Source: Candidatus Bathyarchaeota archaeon (lineage in GTDB: Archaea > Thermoproteota > Bathyarchaeia > Bathyarchaeales > Bathycorpusculaceae). From it: DNA of 41,903 bases. The notes below the pieces were generated by a model that was not told the DNA's origin, searched no databases, and saw only the letters and a list, made by a program, of their open reading frames with translations. A program made the position numbers and the translations under genes. This document shows positions 1 through 8,387 of this stretch, piece after piece. Positions within the stretch are counted from its first letter, which is position 1. Each line of letters starts with the position of its first letter. The stretch is from NCBI GenBank assembly GCA_963739305.1, contig CAVTZU010000005.1, forward strand, positions 1 to 41,903, written 5' to 3'.

Positions 1-217
1 GCGACGACGGAGGCACCCTGATTCTTTGAACGAAAATTCAAGCTGTCCAAACTCAGATTGTTGTTCAAAATCAACGGGCCTTCGCTAAAGCCGTCGGGTT
101 TTCGATCGACCGACAGGTGTTCACGCATCAAGGTAAACCGCTTTTGCCCCTGGAAGTATGTTTCACAATCCTTATGTAGCCAGTTCATCGATAGTCTAGC
201 GAGAAGGAGAAAGAAGA

Positions 218-2530
218 ATGCAAAGAAGAATTTTGCTGTTAGTGATTCTGTTTGCGTTACTTGCAGGAACATTGGCTCCGATCAGCCTTCCAGTTTACGG
301 AACAGATGAACCTACTGTGTTCGTGGAACCAAAGAACTCCATATTCTCCACGACCGAGAAGAGAGCTGGGGACACAATTCAGATTAACTGTACGCTGGCG
401 AACGTAACAGGACTGGCTGGATTCGCGTTCAGTCTCTCGTGGAATCCAACTCTTCTCGTCTGCACAGGCATACAGGAAATCCTCTTCCACTCCGTCACGC
501 CAACTGCATTCTGGTCTAACATCTGGAACCTAACACTCGGATATGACAACACGGCAGGCACAGCAGACTACGCTCAGGTATGGAATGACCTCGATCAGGC
601 AGTGGCCGACGGGTATGCACCAGCGAACATAACAACGAACGAGTACCCTGAAGGCAAGCTTACAGCAGCAATCATAACACTAAAGATTGTCTCCGAGCCT
701 TTTCCTGGAGGCTTCAAAGATTGCAGCCTTGATCTCAGCAACGTCAAAATGGGAGATCTTAACGGGGAGATGATTGCTCATAGTGTGAACAACGGCTATT
801 ACAAGTTGATCGGCGATCTGCCGGCGCAAGTCTACGTGGATCCGTCGACAATTACGGCAGTTGCTGGCGAGATTTTCAATGTCAGCATTTACTCGAGTGG
901 CGCGCTGGACCTGTATGCTTGGCAAATGAACATGACGTGGGACCCAAGCATCCTGAGTTATGTGTCGCTTACAAAAGGCGACGAACCACCGCCAGTGACA
1001 CAAGCATGGTATGCTGGAAACAATGGGACAGGACAACTAGTATATGGCGGAGTTTGCGATGATCCAACTCTCTTAGTGTCTTCGCCCGTAAAACTGTTCA
1101 CAGTCACTTTCAACGGCACCAAGGGCGGGACTAGCCCCATACGTCTCGTCAACGTTGAGTTGTTCGGCATAAGTGATCATGGCAATGGCTGGCCACCGAA
1201 TACTCCAGTGTACCAAGGTATCCCAGAGTTCACATCGTACGCCGTCTGGCCTGACATCAACCACGATGGAGTCATTAGCATCTATGACCCCTTATTATTC
1301 ATAAATCATTTCTTCAGTTTTCCTGGTTCCCCGCACTATTCCGCCTCTTGCGACTTCAATGCGGACGGCTGTGTAGACACGTTCGATCTTGCTATACTCA
1401 CAACCGACTTTGGCAAGGACACGAGCAGTCCGACCTGGCCTAATTCAACTTATCCCAACGGTCTCACAAACACCATATACCAGTTTAACACGGCCGCGCA
1501 AAATAGCAGCGCCAAAGTGCTCGAACCTGTAGATGTAGCTGTCACCAGCATCACAAACGTGGATGGAATGATCATATACTTCCGCGGAACAAACAGAACA
1601 AGCGGGACAAACGTTCCAATCAACGTGACCGTAGCACGATTAGACAGCAACGACGTTGTACCTTCGGTGGAGGTCAACCTCACGTTAAGCAGGATGAACC
1701 TTGCGACTTCTGAAAACGTGACAATCTCCAACGGCACGCTGTTGGTTGCACCAGGCGCTGAAAGCACAATGCAATTTCTCTGGAATGAGACCTCGCTTAC
1801 ACTTTCGGTTGGCAACTACGAAATATATGTCTTCGCGGATCCCATTGGACCTGTCGATATTCACGATATAAACTTGACAAACAACATCGGAATCGGTGGA
1901 ACAGTCAGAGTTGTCGTCGGTATTAAAGAAGACTTGACAGGAGACGGAACCGTTAACATATACGATGCACTTAAGCTGGTTCCAGTCTTGGGAAAGACTG
2001 GACCGCCAGGCTGGATCCCGGAAGATTTGATGCAGGACGGTATCGTCGACTCATTTGACGTGTATATGATACAACGGATGTTCAACTGGAACATGAATGA
2101 TACATCATTTCAGCCGTCTCCACAACCATGGAACTTGACAATTTCAACGCCTCTTGGTCAAAAGCGCAATGACACCGTCGTGGTCTTCAGCGACTACATC
2201 GTGTATTCACAGTATAGTTTCAACAAGACCCTGGAGCAACTGAGTTTCAACATAACATCCAACATCGACGGATTCTGCAACGTTTCAATCCCGAAAACCT
2301 CGATGTCCGGGGCTTTCACCGTGTACCTGGACGACGCGCCCACACCGTGCGTCATAACGTGGAATGCAACACACTACTTTGTTTACTTCAATACAACAGG
2401 GCTTTCTCAAAAGGTCAGAATAGTGTCCGAGTACGCTGACGAAATATTGGGCGACTTAAACCACGATGGAATCGTCGACATTTACGACGCCATAATCTTA
2501 GCGAACCACTATGGTTGGAGAGATCCCTGA
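218..2530 (+). CDS. Secreted multidomain cohesin/dockerin surface protein (signal peptide, two cohesin-like domains, two dockerins, CARDB/Ig-like domain, C-terminal single EF-hand)
   Basis: Signal peptide MQRRILLLVILFALLAG. Cohesin-like strands (FAFSLSWNPTLL, WQMNMTWDPSIL). EF-hand pairs DINHDGVISIYD/DFNADGCVDTFD and DLTGDGTVNIYD/DLMQDGIVDSFD. Terminal DLNHDGIVDIYD. Many N-x-S/T sequons. Confidence 0.85.
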   Translation: MQRRILLLVILFALLAGTLAPISLPVYGTDEPTVFVEPKNSIFSTTEKRAGDTIQINCTLANVTGLAGFAFSLSWNPTLLVCTGIQEILFHSVTPTAFWSNIWNLTLGYDNTAGTADYAQVWNDLDQAVADGYAPANITTNEYPEGKLTAAIITLKIVSEPFPGGFKDCSLDLSNVKMGDLNGEMIAHSVNNGYYKLIGDLPAQVYVDPSTITAVAGEIFNVSIYSSGALDLYAWQMNMTWDPSILSYVSLTKGDEPPPVTQAWYAGNNGTGQLVYGGVCDDPTLLVSSPVKLFTVTFNGTKGGTSPIRLVNVELFGISDHGNGWPPNTPVYQGIPEFTSYAVWPDINHDGVISIYDPLLFINHFFSFPGSPHYSASCDFNADGCVDTFDLAILTTDFGKDTSSPTWPNSTYPNGLTNTIYQFNTAAQNSSAKVLEPVDVAVTSITNVDGMIIYFRGTNRTSGTNVPINVTVARLDSNDVVPSVEVNLTLSRMNLATSENVTISNGTLLVAPGAESTMQFLWNETSLTLSVGNYEIYVFADPIGPVDIHDINLTNNIGIGGTVRVVVGIKEDLTGDGTVNIYDALKLVPVLGKTGPPGWIPEDLMQDGIVDSFDVYMIQRMFNWNMNDTSFQPSPQPWNLTISTPLGQKRNDTVVVFSDYIVYSQYSFNKTLEQLSFNITSNIDGFCNVSIPKTSMSGAFTVYLDDAPTPCVITWNATHYFVYFNTTGLSQKVRIVSEYADEILGDLNHDGIVDIYDAIILANHYGWRDP

Positions 2531-2550
2531 CAAGCCTCGGCAAACCATCA

Positions 2551-2567
2551 CTCTCCCCCTCTTTTTC
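2551..2567 (+). terminator. Pyrimidine/oligo-T archaeal terminator candidate
   Basis: CTCTCCCCCTCTTTTTC about 20 nt after the stop codon. Confidence 0.4.
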
Positions 2568-2734
2568 TGAGCGCACTTAAGTAAAAGCGCGCTATTCTGT
2601 TATCACGGAAAAATTGAGCATATTTGCATAGAAAAGCCCTAGCTTTTTCACTCAAAGCGCGCGCGCTCGAAGAAACACCGGCTGTCCTCACACTCGTTAA
2701 AGAATTTATATGCAACATCTCGTATTTTCTGCCT

Positions 2735-3061
2735 ATGAAACGAGAACGCTCACCAGGAGTTTTTCTCTCAAAATCACTTGATAGCCTCATTAAGAATCTA
2801 GGACCAAACCACAAGTTCTCGAAATGGATAAATTCTATGGCTGACGTGCTTCTTGAAAACAAATTCGCTGGAGACCTCATTAAGAAGAGTCAAATTCCAA
2901 AAGTGTATGTTGAGAAATATGGAATATTCAACTTATACCGTTACAGCCTTCCGGAAGGATATCGTTCATGTTATACGATACTAGAAGACAAATGTCCTCA
3001 TATTCTAGACTTGTTGTCTCATCCGGAATATGACAAGGTCTTCGGATATGACACAACTTAG
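2735..3061 (+). CDS. RelE/ParE-like small toxin-fold protein
   Basis: ATG 2735 in frame with ORF 2624..3061, 108 aa. NLYRYSLPEGYRSCYTI...ILDLLSHPEYDKVFGY resembles the RelE-superfamily beta sheet and C-terminal HxxYD. Confidence 0.55.
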   Translation: MKRERSPGVFLSKSLDSLIKNLGPNHKFSKWINSMADVLLENKFAGDLIKKSQIPKVYVEKYGIFNLYRYSLPEGYRSCYTILEDKCPHILDLLSHPEYDKVFGYDTT

Positions 3062-3330
3062 CGGATTTTCACGCTTGATTTCATTAGAGCTTCTAGTTTC
3101 GAGTTGGTGACACCAGTGTAAAGGATCTTTGTGGTGTTGAAGGTTATTCTTCCAGAAGCTTCCAGATATGCTAGTATCCTCTGGAAAGTTTGGTACTGCA
3201 CTTTCCTAGGTAAGCTTCTCCAAAGTTGCATTCGTGTAGGATATTCCTTAGATTCTAGAATAGCCTTTTCAACCATTAGGATTGTGTCCAGCTTTGGTTC
3301 ATGAAGGACTTTTTCAACCACATGTATCAC
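3058..3330 (-). CDS. Small winged-helix DNA-binding protein, candidate antitoxin/regulator
   Basis: 90 aa, GTG start preceded by AGGAATAG. PTRMQLWRSLPRKVQYQTFQRILAYLEASGRI helix pattern. AT-rich TATA-like tract at about 3385-3401. Stop overlaps the toxin-like gene's stop. Confidence 0.6.
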   Translation of the reverse strand: MIHVVEKVLHEPKLDTILMVEKAILESKEYPTRMQLWRSLPRKVQYQTFQRILAYLEASGRITFNTTKILYTGVTNSKLEALMKSSVKIR

Positions 3331-3454
3331 CTATTCCTATTCTAATGCGCGCTTCTCTTCTACGTAACTACCTACTACCTACCATTATATAAACTTATAT
3401 ATCGGTAAGTTCATATCTGCCATATACAAAAACAAAAAAGAGGGATAAAAAGGA

Positions 3455-3580
3455 ATGCCTGAATGGCAAGTAATCAGTCTGATGAAATACAAAAAACAAA
3501 TTGAGAGCTTACAGAAGATATTGCCGCAACTATGTCCGGCCTGTAGAACCTTAGTAGAAGACGTTCTGGGACAAAAGTAG
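3455..3580 (+). CDS. Putative 41-aa CxxC microprotein (MPEWQVISLMKYKKQIESLQKILPQLCPACRTLVEDVLGQK)
   Basis: Read manually, below the track cutoff. ATG 3455 after purine-rich GAGGGATAAAAAGGA, TAG at 3578-3580. Helical with CPAC. Confidence 0.45.
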   Translation: MPEWQVISLMKYKKQIESLQKILPQLCPACRTLVEDVLGQK

Positions 3581-3655
3581 GAGACAATCAGGAAAAAAGA
3601 AGAGAAGTTAGCAGCGCGTCACGATTCTTACGCGTTCATTTTTCACTTAGCGCAC

Positions 3656-4114
3656 CTAGAAGAAACCAGAATTATCTTCACGAAACCTTTTTCTCGCCAC
3701 TTTAGCTAATGTATCCGCCAACTCATCTAGGGACTTGTCAACCCTTTCATTCGGAATATGTATAGTCCGAATTTCGTCTTCATGAGAATAGGAATCGCGT
3801 TCCAAATCTGAATACAACTGTTTGGCACTTAACAGATGCTGCTTTCCATCTATCTCAATATTCAGTTTTGCCCAAGGAATTGAAATATCCACGTGTTTAT
3901 GGCCATCATAAGCCTCTAACTCGTTGCTGATACCTCTTTTTCGTAACGCATCTGATAATCTACGGGCTTGAGGTGTGATTTTGGAACTATACGATACGTC
4001 ATTTTTGCCTTTTGGTTGATGTGTCATGCAGAGAGCTTTGCCGAAATTCTTCATGGAGTATTCGTAGACTTTCTTGCTTATTGTTTCCTTGCAAATATTG
4101 CAATAGTATCTCAT
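3656..4114 (-). CDS. Zinc finger plus DUF559/Vsr-like PD-(D/E)xK endonuclease
   Basis: Probable ATG 4114. CNIC...LCMTHQ zinc finger, then VDISIP..LNIEIDGKQH...DLERD, typical of DUF559. Confidence 0.7.
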   Translation of the reverse strand: MRYYCNICKETISKKVYEYSMKNFGKALCMTHQPKGKNDVSYSSKITPQARRLSDALRKRGISNELEAYDGHKHVDISIPWAKLNIEIDGKQHLLSAKQLYSDLERDSYSHEDEIRTIHIPNERVDKSLDELADTLAKVARKRFREDNSGFF

Positions 4115-4457
4115 ATATGTCCAGTTCCACAGGTTCTGCAAATATAAAATCTCCCTTCCTTCAGGATCGCATATTTCCCCGGAATGCACGCTATCTCTTC
4201 ATTTTATAGCGCGCGCGAATGTCGTTTCGGGTTCTCCTTTTTAACTGTCGAAAAACCAGTGAAACTAGCAGAACATTCTTCCACAAGTCTTAACTAACGT
4301 TGCCTAGAAGAGGCTCATCACGGGGATGTGGAGTCGCTTTCAACGAATGCTGCTTCAATGAGGAGCTTTGAGGTTCGTCGATTTATCCCTTCAGAAGCGC
4401 CGAGAAGGGGCGCGATGAGACGAAGTACCTAGATTGAATAGGAGAAAGGAGTGAAAG

Positions 4458-5447
4458 ATGAAAGGCAGAATTGCGCTCGTACTGGTTTTGACGTCATTAT
4501 TGCTTGTGCTTACGTTCTCTGCACGCGATATTCAGCAAGCCAAAGCGCAGCCGCCACCAGTGTTTCCCATGAATCCACCAGTACAAATCTACATCGAACC
4601 ACCGACAAGTACAGCATTTCCAGGCGCGACAGCTAACGTCAGCATCTACGTTTCTACCCCGATAGACCTAACCCTCTTTGGCTGGCAATTGAAGCTACAA
4701 TATGACCCAAGCATCTTGAATTATACATCGATTACTCGTTCTTGGCCTGGCGCGGGGGCGTTTGTAAACAGGACAACGGGTCTGCTGCTTTCCGATTCAC
4801 AGAGCCCCCTCTATGTGTCTTCCGCTTTGCCATCGAAAGTGCTCACAGTCAGTTTTCAGTGCATTGGCTACGGAACTAGCTCCATAAATTTCACAAGCTT
4901 TGATTTAATCGGCGTAAGTGATAGTGGCAATGGTTGGACCCCCGGAACTGACCCGTACAACGGTATCCCAGAGTTTACGGAGTACGACAGATGGCCCGAT
5001 GTAAACAATGACAGCGTGATTAATGCTCTTGACGCCATATTTCTTGCTGGTCACTTCAGCCCGCTAGTGCCCGTTAACGACAGCATCTGCGACTTCAACA
5101 ATGACAGTTTTGTGGACACTTTTGACGCTTTAATCCTCGCAAGCGATTATGGGATGAGTACCAGTAGCCCACGCTGGCCCAATTCAACTTATCCTACGGG
5201 TCTGACAAACACTTTGTATGTGTTCAATGAAACCATCCAGAATGGCAGGGTCTACGCAGTAATCCCCGGCGACATTAACCTAGACCGCGTAGTCGACATC
5301 TACGACGCGATACAACTGTCCGATGCATACAACTCGACCGCTCTCAGCCCAAACTGGAATCCAAATGCAGACATCAATGGTGACGGCTGGGTGGACATCT
5401 ACGATGCCATAATCCTAGCAGGCCACTATAACCAACACTACCCATAA
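4458..5447 (+). CDS. Secreted cohesin plus two-dockerin protein
   Basis: RBS-like GGAGTGA, signal peptide, cohesin-like WQLKLQYDPSIL, dockerins DVNNDSVINALD/DFNNDSFVDTFD and GDINLDRVVDIYD/ADINGDGWVDIYD. Confidence 0.85.
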   Translation: MKGRIALVLVLTSLLLVLTFSARDIQQAKAQPPPVFPMNPPVQIYIEPPTSTAFPGATANVSIYVSTPIDLTLFGWQLKLQYDPSILNYTSITRSWPGAGAFVNRTTGLLLSDSQSPLYVSSALPSKVLTVSFQCIGYGTSSINFTSFDLIGVSDSGNGWTPGTDPYNGIPEFTEYDRWPDVNNDSVINALDAIFLAGHFSPLVPVNDSICDFNNDSFVDTFDALILASDYGMSTSSPRWPNSTYPTGLTNTLYVFNETIQNGRVYAVIPGDINLDRVVDIYDAIQLSDAYNSTALSPNWNPNADINGDGWVDIYDAIILAGHYNQHYP

Positions 5448-5459
5448 CCCTTTTTTTCT
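5448..5459 (+). terminator. Oligo-T archaeal terminator
   Basis: CCCTTTTTTTCT immediately after TAA. Confidence 0.55.
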
Positions 5460-6005
5460 GGGTAGCATATTCGAAGATAGCATTGAAAAAAGAGCCTGTG
5501 CACAAATCAACTATCTATTCGTTTATTCAATCACTGACGGCGGTCAACCACTCACAGAGAGAATCTGAGTCAGAAGTGAATGAAAACTGAATAAAATATC
5601 AATATCACGGATTTCAACGTGTGTAATATCAGAGTCACACGGGCGGCAATGAAACACCTTTTGAGAATTGTCGTGGATCACGCACCCTTGTCGAGTGCGT
5701 AATCCAGCTTCTCCTTCTCCTTTGGCTTTGAAATCTGAACAAGTATTGTTTGTAGGGATAATCTAACGATTTATTTCTTGTGAAAGATGGTTCTAGAAGA
5801 ATCATCTATTTAGTGGCAGGAGAAGCTTAAAGCTGTGTGTGACTACAAGATATTCGTGGGTGTGCCCGGCTCTGAACATATCTGCAATGGACTTGCTTTC
5901 GAGGTATTGCTTCTCCCAACACTCTAAGAGTATCAGAATGCGCTTAGGTGCCAAAACCACTGTGCGGCCTGAAGGAATGTTTGCAATTGCTGGACCTACG
6001 AAAGG

Positions 6006-6806
6006 CTAGGCGGGAAGACTGTTTCTTAACACTTTTCGAGCTGTCGTAATGTAACCCGAATGGGCGGTCATGAGGGTCTGAGGACGCGTTCTTCCTCGTT
6101 CCACCTGCATTCCCCGCATTAGACACTCCACCGTCTCGGGGTCAGTGAACGAGTTTTCCCTAAGGGCTTCGACAGTTCTGACAACCTGATCTATGGTTGG
6201 ACTGAAGGATACAAGAGTTGCTCCGGGTCTCAGTGCTGTGTATGCGTGAGGTATGACAAGCCAGGGTACTGCCAAGTCTAAAATCACCGAGTCGATGTCC
6301 TTTTCGTCTATTCCAAGCGTGACGTCTTTGTTTTTCAGTTCCACAAAGTCAGCAAGACTCGCTCTCTTGAGGTTTTTTTCAGCCGTCGTCTGGAACTCCT
6401 CTCTGATTTCGTAACTGTGGATCTTGCCTTCTGGCTTGACAAAATGTGCCAGCGCTGTCGTCATGGCGCCTGTTCCGGTTCCGGCTTCGACTACTTGGCT
6501 TCCAGGGCCGATTCCGCTGAACATCACGATGAGCGAGATATCCTTTGGGTACATTATCTGTGTTTGCCTTGCGCACTTCATGATGTAATCACGCAAAAGG
6601 GGTTTCAGGGCTACAAATTCGAATTTCAAGCTGCTCATTACGGGCGTGCCGAATTCCTTTCCAATTATGTCGTCGAACTTCACGTAACCCTTGTGTGTGT
6701 GGAAGCTTTTTCCCGGTTCGGCTTTTACTAGATAGCTTTTGCGTTGACCAATGCTGAGCAGTACGTAGTCGCCTGCTCCGATCGTATAGGTTGTCAATTC
6801 TTTCAC
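6006..6806 (-). CDS. trmI: tRNA (adenine-N1)-methyltransferase (m1A57/58)
   Basis: FHTHKG, RQTQIMYPKD, VEAGTGTG, ILDLAVPW, RTRP...AHSGYI motifs of the TrmI/GCD14 family. Confidence 0.92.
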   Translation of the reverse strand: MKELTTYTIGAGDYVLLSIGQRKSYLVKAEPGKSFHTHKGYVKFDDIIGKEFGTPVMSSLKFEFVALKPLLRDYIMKCARQTQIMYPKDISLIVMFSGIGPGSQVVEAGTGTGAMTTALAHFVKPEGKIHSYEIREEFQTTAEKNLKRASLADFVELKNKDVTLGIDEKDIDSVILDLAVPWLVIPHAYTALRPGATLVSFSPTIDQVVRTVEALRENSFTDPETVECLMRGMQVERGRTRPQTLMTAHSGYITTARKVLRNSLPA

Positions 6807-8284
6807 TACGGAGAATACTTAAAGGGGTGTTTTGAGCGATCTTTGTTTTGAATCAGCTCGTCAACATCTGGTCTGCCTTCAATTGTTTTGCGGATAGCGT
6901 GCCGCATTGCTTTGTAGTTGTTTATGTACACTCTTTGACGGTCAATGGCTGTGGGATGGACGAAGACATTTGCAATTATCACTAGTTCATCAGAGGCTGC
7001 GCGTGGGATCGTTCCGTCTGCGACGCTGTCAACAACAGCTTTGGCTATCGCTGCCTGGGCTGGTCCGTAGACCATGCTTGCTTGCCGCATCCCTGTGATC
7101 GTAACCGTTGGGACGATTAATGTTTCAGGTTTCACTGATAGATTCGGCTCAAGTATTGCCAGCAAAGGTTCATGTCCCGACGCCGGTGAGGCTTTGGCTT
7201 TTGCGAATGCTTCAGCGACAGGTCCATCTTTGTTTCCGATAAGAAGATCGATGTGAGCGGCTTCTGCGCCTTGTCCTGCTAGGGCTTCGCCTACGCGTAG
7301 TTTGAATCCTTTTATGACTTGCGGAGTTATTTCGATCGCCATGAAACGCTCGTGAATTGGCTTCTTCGTAATCTCAAAAGTGATTTCCTTTGGTTTGATC
7401 TTTCCTATCTTTTCCAGGTCGAGTCGCAGTTCTTCCCTTGCCTCGTAGGTGAGTTCGCCTCCTACGCTCAGCGGCTTCCGTACGGGGCCAACCTTGATTT
7501 TCATCATGTTCAACGCTTCTTTGGTTCCGACTGCTCCACTGCCAACTATGATCCTTGCTATCTTCTGGATCTTGTATTGAAGTTCTCGGGCCTTCTGAAG
7601 CTCGCCATTTTTGACGTGATTGTACATTTGGACCCAGACATCCGGAATTACGTTTGCGCTTGCCAATATCGCGCCCGAACAACCAGCTGCCAAACCTGCT
7701 ACGACGACCTCGTCGTGCCCACACAGGACGTTGATCTTGTCTCTGACTTTTTCCAGAATGGCCAGAACATATTTCAGTTGTCCACTGCTATCCTTTATCG
7801 CTACAATGTTTGGGATTTGAGCTAGGTCTTCAACAATCTGCCAGGGCAATTCCAGCCCTGTGCATTGAGGGATGTTGTAGAGGATTATCGGTATGTCCAC
7901 TTCGTTGGCTATTGTATAGAAGTGCTCGTAGAGTCCCCGGTCTGCCGGCTTCATGTAGAAGGGGGTTACTATAAGAGCTGCGGTGGCACCTACGTCTTTT
8001 GCGTATTTTGTCATTTCCACGGCCTGCTGAGTTCCGCTCGCACCAGTTCCTGCGATCACTGGAACGCGTCCGTTGACTTCTTCGATAACGATTCTGATTA
8101 CTTGCTTTCTTTCTTCTATCGTCAGGTTTGTAAATTCTCCCGTCGTCCCACATGGAACGACACCGTGAACACCTGATTCTAGACAATGGTTAACAAGAGC
8201 CCTCAATCTCGTTTCATCGACGGATTTCCCGTCATCCGTAAAGGGTGTAACCAAAGCGGGATTGATTCCTTCGGGTTTGAACAT
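6806..8284 (-). CDS. Fusion of a DapA-family class I aldolase and formaldehyde-activating enzyme (Fae)
   Basis: ATG 8284 after AAGGTGGGA. N-terminal about 300 aa: ALVTPF, GTTGE, PFY, LYNIP, IKDSSG. C-terminal about 165 aa: VGEALAG..EAAHIDLLIG.KDGPV, GPAQAAIAKAVVDSV..G.IP, VFVHP, HPF. Single uninterrupted frame. Confidence 0.88.
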   Translation of the reverse strand: MFKPEGINPALVTPFTDDGKSVDETRLRALVNHCLESGVHGVVPCGTTGEFTNLTIEERKQVIRIVIEEVNGRVPVIAGTGASGTQQAVEMTKYAKDVGATAALIVTPFYMKPADRGLYEHFYTIANEVDIPIILYNIPQCTGLELPWQIVEDLAQIPNIVAIKDSSGQLKYVLAILEKVRDKINVLCGHDEVVVAGLAAGCSGAILASANVIPDVWVQMYNHVKNGELQKARELQYKIQKIARIIVGSGAVGTKEALNMMKIKVGPVRKPLSVGGELTYEAREELRLDLEKIGKIKPKEITFEITKKPIHERFMAIEITPQVIKGFKLRVGEALAGQGAEAAHIDLLIGNKDGPVAEAFAKAKASPASGHEPLLAILEPNLSVKPETLIVPTVTITGMRQASMVYGPAQAAIAKAVVDSVADGTIPRAASDELVIIANVFVHPTAIDRQRVYINNYKAMRHAIRKTIEGRPDVDELIQNKDRSKHPFKYSP

Positions 8285-8387
8285 GCTAGTTCCCACCTTC
8301 TTGTCGATTCTCGGTCTTATATCGTTTGAGTCTTGACAACGCTTAAATCGATTGGAAAAGAACACATAGCTTGGGTTTGGGAGGACA

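Noticed and set aside
5460-6005. Hidden gene in the spacer, including ORF 5944..6126
   Set aside because: Only short frames without convincing starts or motifs; 5944..6126 overlaps trmI.
6806-8284. Plain dapA of lysine biosynthesis
   Set aside because: Substrate-binding Arg replaced, Fae fusion present and no dap genes adjacent, so no symbol was assigned.
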